DNA from: Candidatus Falkowbacteria bacterium
GTDB lineage: Bacteria > Patescibacteriota > Patescibacteriia > Patescibacteriales > SZUA-104
Length of the DNA: 36,542 nt
Reading direction: 5' to 3'
Assembly (NCBI GenBank): GCA_027020105.1
Contig: JALUVW010000077.1
Span: forward strand, 1-36,542
Under the pieces are notes generated by a model. It saw nothing but the letters and a program-made list of their open reading frames with translations. It searched no databases and was not told where the DNA came from. Position 1 is the stretch's first letter; every line of letters starts with the position of its first letter. The position numbers were made by a program, and so were the translations under genes. Of the stretch, positions 15,529 through 25,058 are shown one piece after another.

Positions 15529-15559
15529 AATTATTTATTACAAACTGACAAGAAAAATT

Positions 15560-16546
15560 ATGCCTATGAAGCCAACAATGTCTAAAGTAAAAACAAAACA
15601 ACTATTATCCCCCGGCCATACCGCTTGCGCCGGATGCGGACAAATGATTGCCGCGAGAACCGTTGCCCAAGCGCTGGGACCGAACACTATTATCGCCAAC
15701 GCCACCGGCTGCCTTGAAGTGACGACAACCGCCTATCCTATGAGCTCGTGGGGAATGCCGTGGATACACTCCTTGTTTGAAAACGCGTCCGCCGTCGCCT
15801 CGGGAATAAAAGCGGCGTTGAAATATAAAGAGACTAAGTCTCCAATTGGAGACTTAGTCTCCACGCCTAAAGTTGTCGCCCAAGGCGGAGACGGAGGAAC
15901 TTTTGACATCGGCTTCGGCTTGATTTCCGGAATGTGGGAGCGAGGCGATGATATTCTCTATATCTGTTACGACACCGAAGCGTATTCCAATACCGGCATA
16001 CAAGCCTCCGGCGCCACCCCCTGGGCGGCGTCCACCACCACGACTCCGTCCGGTAAATGTATGAGTAAAACGAAGTCCGGTTTCGGCGGAGCGGATGAAG
16101 ATTGCCCGATTGACGCGATCGGCTCGCATCAAAGAAAAAAGGATATGATCGCCATCGCTTTGGCGCACAGATTGCGTTACGTGGCGCAAAGCACCGCCGG
16201 CTTCCCGGATGATATTGCCGCCAAGGTTAAAAAAGCCTTAACCTTTAAGGGTCCGAAATATATCCAAATTATGGCTCCCTGCGTGCCGGGATGGAAAATA
16301 AGTTCCGCGCAGGCGGTGCGGATAGGAAAATTGGCCGCCCAAACCGGACTTTACCCGCTCCTGGAGTATGAAAACGGACAACTGACGAATGTTCTAAAAG
16401 TCCCGAAACCGCGTCCGAAAGTGGATGAATACCTTAAACTGCAAGGCCGATTCGCGCATCTCTTTAAGAATAAAAGCGGAAAAAAGCAAATTGCCTATAT
16501 ACAAAAATTAGCTGACGGGAATATTGAGAAGTATGGTTTAAAATAG
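15560..16546 (+). CDS. porB: PFOR beta subunit (TPP-binding), carrying an in-frame 51-bp palindromic element
   Basis: Motifs GHTACAGCG, GGDGGTFDIGF and YDTEAYSNTG. Residues KYKETKSPIGDLVSTPK are encoded by 15821-15871. Confidence 0.9.
   Translation: MPMKPTMSKVKTKQLLSPGHTACAGCGQMIAARTVAQALGPNTIIANATGCLEVTTTAYPMSSWGMPWIHSLFENASAVASGIKAALKYKETKSPIGDLVSTPKVVAQGGDGGTFDIGFGLISGMWERGDDILYICYDTEAYSNTGIQASGATPWAASTTTTPSGKCMSKTKSGFGGADEDCPIDAIGSHQRKKDMIAIALAHRLRYVAQSTAGFPDDIAAKVKKALTFKGPKYIQIMAPCVPGWKISSAQAVRIGKLAAQTGLYPLLEYENGQLTNVLKVPKPRPKVDEYLKLQGRFAHLFKNKSGKKQIAYIQKLADGNIEKYGLK
15821..15871. repeat. 51-bp palindromic element, in-frame copy inside porB
   Basis: aaatataaagagactaagtctccaattggagacttagtctccacgcctaaa is the exact reverse complement of 30831-30881. 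The core GAGACTAAGTCTCCAATTGGAGACTTAGTCTC is a perfect 32-nt palindrome. The element is 17 codons and starts in frame (15821-15560 = 261). Confidence 0.95.
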
Positions 16547-16653
16547 TTCAAAACTCAAAACTCAAAGTTCAAAACTACAACTAAAAGTTCAAGGCTATTT
16601 AGTTTTAAGTTTTGAGCTGTGGTTTTGAGCTTTGAGTTTTGAGTTTTGAACTT
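16547..16653. repeat. AT-rich inverted-repeat element E8 (aaaactc family, like E3)
   Basis: Left arm ttcaaaactcaaaactcaaagttcaaaactacaac pairs with right arm gttttgagctgtggttttgagctttgagttttgagttttgaa. Confidence 0.8.
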
Positions 16654-16655
16654 CA

Positions 16656-16690
16656 TAAAAAACGCTTCGGTAAAACCGAAGCGTTTTTAT
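16656..16690. terminator. Bidirectional rho-independent terminator between convergent porB and rpoC
   Basis: aaaaa-ACGCTTCGG-taaaa-CCGAAGCGT-ttttatt: a 9-bp GC-rich stem flanked by an A-run and a T-run. Confidence 0.8.
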
Positions 16691-16717
16691 TATTAAATTT
16701 TTCAACTTGAACCGTCC

Positions 16718-19700
16718 TTAATCCTTTTCCCCTTTATACCCCGTTCCAACCGGAATCAAGCGGCCGATGATGACATTTTCCTTAAGTCCTTTCAAGTGGT
16801 CAACTTTGCCGTTAATCGCGGCTTCAATCAATACGCGCGCGGTTTCCTGGAACGAGGAGGCCGATAAGAAGCTGTCTGTCGTAAGCGACGCCTTGCTTAT
16901 GCCCATCAACAAATTTTCCGCTTTAGCTTCTTTTTTGTTATTCTTTCTCGCCTCTTCATTCGCTTTGTCAAAAACCGCCTTCTCAACAACTTCTCCGGAC
17001 AAAAGATCGGTTTCTCCCGCGTCTTGAATATAGACGCGCGAAAACATCTGCTTGGCGATAATCTCAATATGCTTATCGTTTAACGGCTGCCCTTGAGAGG
17101 AATAAACGTATTGAATTTCCTTAATGATGTATTTCTGCGTTTCCAGTTTTCCCCGCAAGCCGTACAGCTGCTGCAAGTCAAAACTGCCTTCGGTTAACTG
17201 GTCTCCCTTTTTAACCTTGTCGCCATTCTCAACCAAGATGGCGAATCCTTTCGGCACGACATACTCCCTCACCTTTTTCGCCTTGCTCGTTATTTTGACA
17301 TACTTGTTCCCCACCTCAACCTTGCCGGCTTTTTTGGCCTTCTGCGTCTTTCCTCCCAAAGAAAACAAGCCATCTCCTTTTTTAACCTCATCGCCGGTTT
17401 TAACCAAAACTTCCGGTTTGCCTTTTTTCGCTTTTCCGTCGTTGTCTTTTAGCGCTTCCTTGGCGAATTCATCAAAGTAATATTTTGACGATTCCGCGCC
17501 GTCATAATAAATTTTTAATATTTTGGCTTGCGGATTGGCAACGGCCATTTTTCCGGTTCCGTCCGAAATCACTCTTTGAGCTTCTTCTATCGCGATTTCT
17601 CCGTCAACATCGGCGATAAACGCCCTCTTCTTTGGCGGACGAGCTTCAAATATTTCTTCAACTCTGGGAAGCCCTTGAGTGATGTCTTCGGAGCCGGCAA
17701 CGCCTCCGGTGTGGAATGTTCTCATCGTCAACTGCGTGCCGGGCTCTCCGATTGATTGGGCGGCGATAATGCCGGCCGCCGTACCGACTTTTACCGGCTG
17801 ATTATACCCCAAATCATAACCATAGCACTTGACGCAAACGCCTCTGTTTAACTTGCAGTTTAAGACCGATCTGATGCTTACCTCTTCTATATTCTCTTTT
17901 TTCAGTTTTTCGGCCAAGTCTTCGGTAACCAGCTCTCCTTTTTTGGCCAAAACCTTGCCTTTGCCGTTTTTTAAATCATCGGCCAAGAATCGCCCGACTA
18001 TTCTTTTTGTTATTTCGTATCCAGCTTCCTCGCTTTCTTTTTTCGTGATGACAAGCCCCTCCGCCGTTCCGCAATCCTCGGACAACACCACCACGTCTTG
18101 GGCCACGTCAACCAAGCGTCTGGTCAAATAACCGGCGTTAGCCGTTCTGAGGGCCGTGTCCGACAATCCTTTTCTTGTCGCGTGAGTTGAAATAAAGTAT
18201 TCCAAAACATCAAACCCGCGCTTGAAATTTCCTCTTACGGGCAATTCAATAATGTCGCCGGACGGCGAAGTAACCAATCCCTTCATTCCCAAAATCTGGG
18301 TCAGCTGGGTCCATGATCCGCGGGCGCCGGATTCAATCATTGAGTAAACCGGACCGTCTTTGGGCAAGCCCGCCTTGCAAATATTGGTAACCTTGTCCTT
18401 TACCTCCGTCCACAATTCAATAACCTTGGCGTACCGTTCGCTTTCGGTCAATAAGCCCTCGTCGTATTGTTCTTGTATGCTTTCAACCTGCCTGCTCGCC
18501 TCTTTGATTAGTTCGTCTTTTTCGCTGAATTCCGGCAAATCGTTCATTCCCCATGAAAGGCCGCTCTGGGTTATGTATTTAAAGCTTTCATTTTTCAATT
18601 CATCAACGAATCGCACCGTCGTGTCTTCCCCGTAAAGCCGCAAACATTCTTTTACCAGGCGCTTTAATTCTCCCTTGTCCACAACTTCGTTGATATACCG
18701 CAATTTTTCCGGCAAAATATCGTTAAAAATTATCCTGCCAACCGTCGTATCAATCAGCCCGTGCTTTTTGAACCGAACTTTTATCAAATCATGAAGCTTG
18801 ATTTTCCGCGCGCCATAGGCGAATTTCGCCTCAAGCGGAGAAGAAAAATATTTTAAGTTTTTACCGTTGCCGCCTCCCGTTCCGGCGCCGGCCGGCAAAT
18901 TGGTCAAATAATGCCCTCCCCAAACAATGTCTTGGCTGGGGGCCACCACCGGATCGCCGGTGGCCGGCTTTAGCAAATTGTGCGAAGACAGCATAATGTC
19001 TTTCGCTTCCTGAACCGCCTCGTCGGTCAAAGGCACGTGCACGGCCATTTGATCACCGTCAAAATCGGCGTTAAAGGCGGTACAAACCAAAGGATGGATT
19101 TGAATGGCCTTTCCTTCAATTAAAATCGGCTGAAAAGCCTGTATGCCGAGGCGGTGCAAAGTGGGGGCGCGATTAAGCATAACGTAAGCGCCTTTGATTA
19201 TATCTTCCAAAATATCCCAAACTTGCGTGTCCCCCTGTTCAATAAAGCGGGAAGCGCTTCTGACATTATGGACAATCTCTCGGCTGATAAGCTTGCTGAT
19301 GATAAACGGCTTAAACAGTTCCAGCGCCATTGTTTTGGGCAGGCCGCATTGGTTTAATTTTAGTTTCGGGTTAACGACGATGACGCTTCTGCCGGAGTAA
19401 TCAATTCTTTTTCCGAGCAAGTTCTGGCGAAAACGCCCTTGCTTACCTTTGAGCGAATCGGCCAATGATTTTAATTGCCTTTTTTGTCCGGTGGAAGCGG
19501 CCACTGTCTTTGAATGCCGCGCCGAATTGTCAATCAAAGCGTCAACCGCCTCTTGCAGCATTCTTTTTTCATTGCGGCAAATAACTTCCGGAGCGTTTAG
19601 TTCCATAAGCTGTTTAAGCCGGTTATTGCGGTTAATTACTCGGCGGTACAAGTCGTTTAAATCCGAAGTGGCGAATCTGCCCCCATCCAAAGCGACCATC

Positions 19701-20674
19701 GGCCTAAGATCCGGCGGTATGACCGGAATAACGGTTAAAATCATCCATTCCGGCCTTATTCCGTTAGCTTTTAAACTTTTAAACAATTTCAGCCGCCTGG
19801 TTAGTTTTTCTTTCTTGGAATCAATCGCCGTTTCCAATTCGTTTTCAATGTCCTTGATTGTTTTATCCACGTCCACTCTTTCCAGCAGTTTTCTGATGGC
19901 CTCGGCTCCGATGCCCGCTTCAAAAATATGGCCGTACTTTAAGCTTAAATTTTGGTACTCGTTTTCCGAAATTATGGCCATCGGCCTCAAATCCCTCAAC
20001 TCCCGTTGCGCCTGCTCAAACGCTTGATCCAAACTGTTTTTCTTTTCGTTGTGCGCCTTTTTTAAAGAGTCTATTTCTTTGGCCAAAATTTCTTCAACTT
20101 CGCTCGCTTCCCTTCCCTCTCGCGTTAATTTTCCTTTTTTGTTTTTTATTTCGCTTATTTGGCGGCTTAACTCCGCGGCCATGGCCTTGCTCTTCGCCTT
20201 ATATTCGTCTTTAATTTGATTAATGGTCGCGTTTTTTAATTCCTCGTTTAAATCGGTAATGATAAAGCTGGCGAAATAAACCACTTTTTCCAAGGCATGC
20301 ATGGACAAATTCAAAATCAATCCGATTTTTGATGAAATTCCGCGCAAAAACCAAATATGAGTGGTCGGACTCTCCAAAGAAATATGCCCCATACGCTCGC
20401 GGCGCACCATGGAATGGGTTACTTCCACTCCGCACTTATCGCAAATGATGCCCTTATAGCGGATTTTTTTATACTTGCCGCAATAACATTCCCAATCTTT
20501 TGACGGACCGAAAATTTTCTCGCAAAAGAGACCGTCTTTTTCCGGTTTTTGCGTGCGGTAATTAATGGTTTCCGGACGCTTAACCTCGCCGTGCGACCAT
20601 GATAAAATTTCATCAGGCGAAGCCAGTTTGAGTTTTATGGCGTTAAAATCTGTTATTCTTGTGGGATTAAACAT
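16718..20674 (-). CDS. rpoC: DNA-directed RNA polymerase subunit beta-prime
   Basis: 1318 aa. Catalytic NADFDGDQMAVHVPL, Zn-finger CYCGKYKKIRYKGIICDKCGVEV, and typical N- and C-terminal regions. Confidence 0.98.
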   Translation of the reverse strand: MFNPTRITDFNAIKLKLASPDEILSWSHGEVKRPETINYRTQKPEKDGLFCEKIFGPSKDWECYCGKYKKIRYKGIICDKCGVEVTHSMVRRERMGHISLESPTTHIWFLRGISSKIGLILNLSMHALEKVVYFASFIITDLNEELKNATINQIKDEYKAKSKAMAAELSRQISEIKNKKGKLTREGREASEVEEILAKEIDSLKKAHNEKKNSLDQAFEQAQRELRDLRPMAIISENEYQNLSLKYGHIFEAGIGAEAIRKLLERVDVDKTIKDIENELETAIDSKKEKLTRRLKLFKSLKANGIRPEWMILTVIPVIPPDLRPMVALDGGRFATSDLNDLYRRVINRNNRLKQLMELNAPEVICRNEKRMLQEAVDALIDNSARHSKTVAASTGQKRQLKSLADSLKGKQGRFRQNLLGKRIDYSGRSVIVVNPKLKLNQCGLPKTMALELFKPFIISKLISREIVHNVRSASRFIEQGDTQVWDILEDIIKGAYVMLNRAPTLHRLGIQAFQPILIEGKAIQIHPLVCTAFNADFDGDQMAVHVPLTDEAVQEAKDIMLSSHNLLKPATGDPVVAPSQDIVWGGHYLTNLPAGAGTGGGNGKNLKYFSSPLEAKFAYGARKIKLHDLIKVRFKKHGLIDTTVGRIIFNDILPEKLRYINEVVDKGELKRLVKECLRLYGEDTTVRFVDELKNESFKYITQSGLSWGMNDLPEFSEKDELIKEASRQVESIQEQYDEGLLTESERYAKVIELWTEVKDKVTNICKAGLPKDGPVYSMIESGARGSWTQLTQILGMKGLVTSPSGDIIELPVRGNFKRGFDVLEYFISTHATRKGLSDTALRTANAGYLTRRLVDVAQDVVVLSEDCGTAEGLVITKKESEEAGYEITKRIVGRFLADDLKNGKGKVLAKKGELVTEDLAEKLKKENIEEVSIRSVLNCKLNRGVCVKCYGYDLGYNQPVKVGTAAGIIAAQSIGEPGTQLTMRTFHTGGVAGSEDITQGLPRVEEIFEARPPKKRAFIADVDGEIAIEEAQRVISDGTGKMAVANPQAKILKIYYDGAESSKYYFDEFAKEALKDNDGKAKKGKPEVLVKTGDEVKKGDGLFSLGGKTQKAKKAGKVEVGNKYVKITSKAKKVREYVVPKGFAILVENGDKVKKGDQLTEGSFDLQQLYGLRGKLETQKYIIKEIQYVYSSQGQPLNDKHIEIIAKQMFSRVYIQDAGETDLLSGEVVEKAVFDKANEEARKNNKKEAKAENLLMGISKASLTTDSFLSASSFQETARVLIEAAINGKVDHLKGLKENVIIGRLIPVGTGYKGEKD

Positions 20675-20729
20675 AATAAATAAATTTCTAAATTATAATT
20701 TCTAAAAAAATTATAATGACAAAATCCTA

Positions 20730-20820
20730 ACGACAAATCAGGTTCAAACGACTTAATGTTAAAAACTTAAGCGTTTGTATTTTTGATTTGGCGTTTTAGC
20801 TTTGGATTTAAAAAATTTAA
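20730..20820. repeat. AT-rich inverted-repeat element E13 in the rpoB-rpoC spacer
   Basis: Left arm aaaatcctaacgacaaatcaggttcaaacg pairs imperfectly with right arm cgtttgtatttttgatttggcgttttagctttggattt. Confidence 0.6.
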
Positions 20821-20826
20821 AAATTT

Positions 20827-23800
20827 CTATTTGTCTTTTTTCTCAACTTCCTCTTTTTTTTCCTCTTCTTTTTCGTCTTCACCGTCTTTCTTTTCGTCTT
20901 CGTCAACCTCTTCTTTTCCGCCCAACAATTCCACGTCCAAGCCCAAGCCCTTCAATTCCCGCACCAAAACATTAAACGATTCCGGTATATTCAACTTTTT
21001 TATCGGTTCGCCTTTGATAATTGATTCATACGCCTTGCTTCTTCCCGGAACATCATCCGACTTAATGGTTAAAATCTCCTGCAAGGAATGGGCGGCGCCA
21101 TACGCTTCCAACGCCCATACTTCCATTTCTCCGAATCTCTGTCCGCCGAACTGGGCTTTGCCGCCAAGCGGCTGTTGGGTAATAAGAGAATACGGACCGA
21201 TTGACCTTTGGTGAATCTTATCTTCAACCATATGATTCAGTTTTAGTATGTACTTATACCCGACCGTAACTTCGTTGTCATAGCGTTCGCCGGTTTTACC
21301 GTTATACAAAACAACTTTTCCGCTTTCCGGCATTTTCGCTTTCCTCAACTCTTCCTTAATGCGCTTTTCCGGTATGCCGTTAAGGGGCGGGGTAACGACT
21401 TTATAGCCCAATTTTTTCGCGGCAAGCCCCAAATGAGTTTCCAAAAGCTGGCCCAAGTTCATACGCGATACAACTCCCAAAGGGGATAAAATCACGTCAA
21501 TCGGCGTGCCGTCTTCCATATACGGCATATCTTCCACCGGAACGATTATGGAAACAACTCCCTTGTTTCCGTGGCGGCCGGCCAATTTGTCTCCCACTTG
21601 AACCTTGCGCAGATTGGCCACCGAGACCTGAATGGACTTGATGACGCCGGCGGCCAGCTTATCGCCGTCTTTGCGGGAAAATATTTTAACGTCAACGACT
21701 TTGCCGTGTTCGCCGTGTTCCAAATAAAGGGACGAATCGCGAACATCCTTGGCCTTTTCTCCGAATATCGCCCTTAAAAGTTTTTCCTCGGCCGATAGCT
21801 CCGTTTCGCCCTTGGGAGTGATTTTCCCCACTAAAATATCTCCGGACGACACCTTGGCGCCGATGCGAATAATGCCTTCTTCGTCCAAATCTTTTAATTT
21901 TTCTTCTCCGATATTCGGAATATCATTGGTAACTTCTTCCGGGCCCAGTTTGGTTTCTCTTACGTCAATAATGTAATCCTCTATGTGAATTGAAGAATAA
22001 ACATCATCGCGAACCAATCTTTCGGAAATGATAATGGCGTCCTCGTAGTTATACCCTTCCCATGTCATAAAGGCCACCAGCACGTTCTTTCCCAAGGCCA
22101 ACTCGCCCTTGTCAATGGCCGAAGAATCCGTCAATACCTGCCCCTTCTTAACCTTGTCCCCCTTGTTGACAATGGGGCGTTGGTTAATGCAGGTGGAAGC
22201 GTTTGACCGTAAAAATTTGGTCAACGGATATTTTTTCACGTTCCCTTTTTTGTCTTGAATTTCAATCACGGTTCCGTCAACGCGCTTTACCTCGCCGTCA
22301 TCCTCGGCCAAGATGATAAGCCCCGAATCTTCCGCCGCTCTGGCTTCAATTCCGGTTCCGACAATGGGCGATTCGTTGGTGATCAACGGCACCGCCTGTC
22401 TTTGCATATTTGTTCCCATCAAGGCCCTTTGTCCGTCATCATGTTCCATAAAAGGAATTAAAGCGGTGGCAACCGATATGATTTGATGTGCCGCGACGCC
22501 GTAAAAATCAATTTTAACCACATCCTCCGTGTCCGGTTGGCCGTACTTTCTTACTTCGCATTTATCCACCAAGAAATAGCCGTTATCGTCAATCGGGGTA
22601 ACCGCCGTGGCGGTAATGTATTTTTCTTCCGTAAAAGCGTCCAAATAAACTATTTCGTCCGTAACCACCGGTTTAATCAATATTTCCGCGTCTCCCAATT
22701 CTTCTTTCAGTTTTTTGGCCATTTTATCATTAATGACCTCGCCCGCCTTGATGATTGTTTCTCCGCCGTTCTCTTTATCGTTTTTGGGCTTTTTAACGTC
22801 TTCTCTGACAATTTTACCGACTAATTTTTCGGTGTCGTTCGCGGGAATTTTATTAAGCACCCTCCTGTACGGAGATTCCAGGAATCCGTAATCGTTTAAT
22901 CTGGCGTAACTGGCCAAATGGCCCACAAGTCCGATATTCGGCCCTTCCGGAGTGGCGATGGGGCAAATACGGCCATAATGCGAAGTGTGCACGTCGCGCA
23001 CGTCAAAACCGGCGCGTTCGCGAGTCAATCCTCCGGGACCCATGGCCGATAGCCGGCGTTTATGCTCCAATTCGGCCAGCGGGTTTGTCTGGTCCATAAA
23101 CTGGGAAAGCTGCGAAGACATAAAAAACTCTTTGACCACGCCTATAACCGGCCTGGCGTTAATCAGTTTGTTCGGGGACAGCTCGCCGATATCCGCCGTG
23201 CTCATTCTGTCGCGGATAATCCTTTCCATACGCACGAGCCCGATCCTGAATTTGTTTTGAATAAGCTCGCCGATCGCCCTGACCCGACGATTGCCAAGAT
23301 GATCAATATCGTCCTCATCTTCTTGCGTAATGTTTAATCTGATTACCTCCTTGACAACGGCGACCAAGTCCTCTTTTCTTAAAACGCGGTTCTCTTTGGT
23401 GTTCGGTATGTCAAAACCGAATTTCCTGTTCAGCTTATAGCGGCCGACTCTGTCAAAATCATAACGGTCAAACCTGAAAAACATGGAATGAATTAATTGT
23501 CTGGCATTGTCCGTCGTGGCCAAATCGCCCGGCCTGATTCTTTTATAAACCTCTTTTAAGCCCTCTTCCTCGTTTTTGGCCAAGTCCTTATTGATGGTGG
23601 CGTCAATATAGCCGAGCTCGTCGCCTTCGCTTTTAATGTCAACGTCTTTGAACGCTTCTCTGATTTCGTCATCGCTTGAATAGCCGAAAACCCTTAGAAG
23701 CGAGGTAACCGCCACCTTTCTTTTTCGGTCAATCCTGACCCAAATCACCTTATTGGAATCGGTTTCAATTTCCAGCCAAGCGCCGCGGTTGGGAATAACC

Positions 23801-24267
23801 TTCGCTCCGTACAGCTTTCTCCCTTTGACGAATTCCGAAGTAAAAATAACGCCGGCGCTTCTGATAAGCTGGGAAACAACCACTCTCTCAATGCCGTTAA
23901 CGATGAAAGTTCCGTTTTTGGTCATTAAGGGAAAATCCCCCAAAAACACCTCGCTGGTGGAGACGCTTCCGTTTCTTTTGTTGACCAATCTCACGTTTAC
24001 CCTTAAAGGCGCTTCATAAGTAACGTTCTTGGCCTTGCTTTCGGCCTCATTAAACTTGGGCTCGTCCAAATAATAATCCTCAAAATACAATTCCATATCA
24101 CGGCCGGTAAAATCAACAATCGGCGATATTTCGTCAAACAAATCGGACAAACCGTGCTTCAAAAACCAATCATAAGATCTTTTTTGGATTTCAATTAAGT
24201 CGGGCAAAGGCGCGGCCATTTTTGCCTCTGAAAAATGTTTGCGTTCAGTTGTTTTTGTGTTGGGCAT
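20827..24267 (-). CDS. rpoB: DNA-directed RNA polymerase subunit beta
   Basis: 1146 aa. Motifs [22 protein letters not shown] and [11 protein letters not shown], plus an acidic Lys/Glu-rich C-terminal tail. Confidence 0.98.
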   Translation of the reverse strand: MPNTKTTERKHFSEAKMAAPLPDLIEIQKRSYDWFLKHGLSDLFDEISPIVDFTGRDMELYFEDYYLDEPKFNEAESKAKNVTYEAPLRVNVRLVNKRNGSVSTSEVFLGDFPLMTKNGTFIVNGIERVVVSQLIRSAGVIFTSEFVKGRKLYGAKVIPNRGAWLEIETDSNKVIWVRIDRKRKVAVTSLLRVFGYSSDDEIREAFKDVDIKSEGDELGYIDATINKDLAKNEEEGLKEVYKRIRPGDLATTDNARQLIHSMFFRFDRYDFDRVGRYKLNRKFGFDIPNTKENRVLRKEDLVAVVKEVIRLNITQEDEDDIDHLGNRRVRAIGELIQNKFRIGLVRMERIIRDRMSTADIGELSPNKLINARPVIGVVKEFFMSSQLSQFMDQTNPLAELEHKRRLSAMGPGGLTRERAGFDVRDVHTSHYGRICPIATPEGPNIGLVGHLASYARLNDYGFLESPYRRVLNKIPANDTEKLVGKIVREDVKKPKNDKENGGETIIKAGEVINDKMAKKLKEELGDAEILIKPVVTDEIVYLDAFTEEKYITATAVTPIDDNGYFLVDKCEVRKYGQPDTEDVVKIDFYGVAAHQIISVATALIPFMEHDDGQRALMGTNMQRQAVPLITNESPIVGTGIEARAAEDSGLIILAEDDGEVKRVDGTVIEIQDKKGNVKKYPLTKFLRSNASTCINQRPIVNKGDKVKKGQVLTDSSAIDKGELALGKNVLVAFMTWEGYNYEDAIIISERLVRDDVYSSIHIEDYIIDVRETKLGPEEVTNDIPNIGEEKLKDLDEEGIIRIGAKVSSGDILVGKITPKGETELSAEEKLLRAIFGEKAKDVRDSSLYLEHGEHGKVVDVKIFSRKDGDKLAAGVIKSIQVSVANLRKVQVGDKLAGRHGNKGVVSIIVPVEDMPYMEDGTPIDVILSPLGVVSRMNLGQLLETHLGLAAKKLGYKVVTPPLNGIPEKRIKEELRKAKMPESGKVVLYNGKTGERYDNEVTVGYKYILKLNHMVEDKIHQRSIGPYSLITQQPLGGKAQFGGQRFGEMEVWALEAYGAAHSLQEILTIKSDDVPGRSKAYESIIKGEPIKKLNIPESFNVLVRELKGLGLDVELLGGKEEVDEDEKKDGEDEKEEEKKEEVEKKDK

Positions 24268-24377
24268 ATATGAATAGGCTAATTAAAATAAAAAATTATA
24301 AAATTAAGCAATATTAAGCAATTTAAAGACTTAAAGAACGGACGGCCAATGGCTTTATATATTGTCGTTTCGGCAAC

Positions 24378-24405
24378 AAAAAACCTCAAGATTGTTTATC
24401 TTGAG
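24378..24405 (-). terminator. Rho-independent terminator ~110 nt upstream of the rpoB start
   Basis: The minus strand reads CTCAAGAT-aaaca-ATCTTGAG-G-TTTTTT: an 8-bp stem (24385-24392 / 24398-24405) followed by a U-run (24378-24383). Confidence 0.65.
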
Positions 24406-24756
24406 TAATTTTTAATTATTTGGTTAAGAGAGTTTGTTTGCGCGAAGTTAGGTTTGCCACTGAATTTAATAAAGTAAATTATAAATTAAAAAGCATGAAG
24501 ATTTTTTGTTTATGATGCGCGAGACGCGCGAGGCGCCATAAACCGCTTCCCGATAATTCACCGTGCCAATCCGCTTATTTTAAAGTCGCGGTCCGCTCGC
24601 GATTAAATCGTTACCCAGGCGTTTCCTCCGGTTAAAAATAAAAAAACGGCATAAAATTTCACGCTTTTCCGCGTGATTTCTCCGTTTCGTTTCATTAATG
24701 ATTTCAATATTAAAAATATTACTTTTTCGCAAAATAATAATTTTACTTGTTTTCTA

Positions 24757-24785
24757 ATACTAACAACAAATAAACCGCTTGTCAA
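24757..24785 (-). promoter_or_regulatory. Near-consensus sigma70-type promoter pointing toward rpoB
   Basis: On the minus strand: TTGACA (24785-24780), 17-nt spacer agcggtttatttgttgt, TAGTAT (24762-24757). Confidence 0.5.
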
Positions 24786-24960
24786 GCCCTGCGCGCTCTA
24801 TTTTGAAAAATTCAATATTTTTATTGCTTTTTGTTTAATATTAGGGAAATATATTTTATCGTTTCGTTGTTTTATTGCCAAACGGTTTGATTATTGTTTG
24901 AGTTATCCACAACTTTGTTTCATAATTTAGGCAACGGATAATTAACCGAATATCACTATT

Positions 24961-25025
24961 GCCCCCGTGGGGGCGAACACCGTTCGCCCCCACTAACCGT
25001 CGCCCCGATTGCGGGCGGTTCCGGG
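24961..25025. repeat. GC-rich hairpin cluster G4 downstream of murE
   Basis: GGGGGCGAAC-acc-GTTCGCCCCC (10-bp stem) and CGCCC-cgattg-CGGGCG. Confidence 0.6.
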
Positions 25026-25058
25026 TTTGTGATTTTCCCCAAGCACCGATTACAAATT

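Noticed and set aside
16767-24019. Numerous 60-190-aa plus-strand ORFs inside rpoC and rpoB.
   Set aside because: All are antisense to two unambiguous, full-length RNA polymerase genes, and their products are Ser/Phe/Leu-rich low-complexity translations.
24500-24640. The GC-rich core upstream of rpoB might be RNase P RNA (GGAGGAAACGCCTGGG resembles GAGGAAAGUCCGGGC), SRP RNA or tmRNA.
   Set aside because: The match to the P4 motif is imperfect and the other conserved RNase P regions are missing. The unit is too short for RNase P. There is no SRP GGAA-tetraloop/AGCA motif, no tRNA-like TTCGA...CCA end, and no plausible tag ORF for tmRNA.
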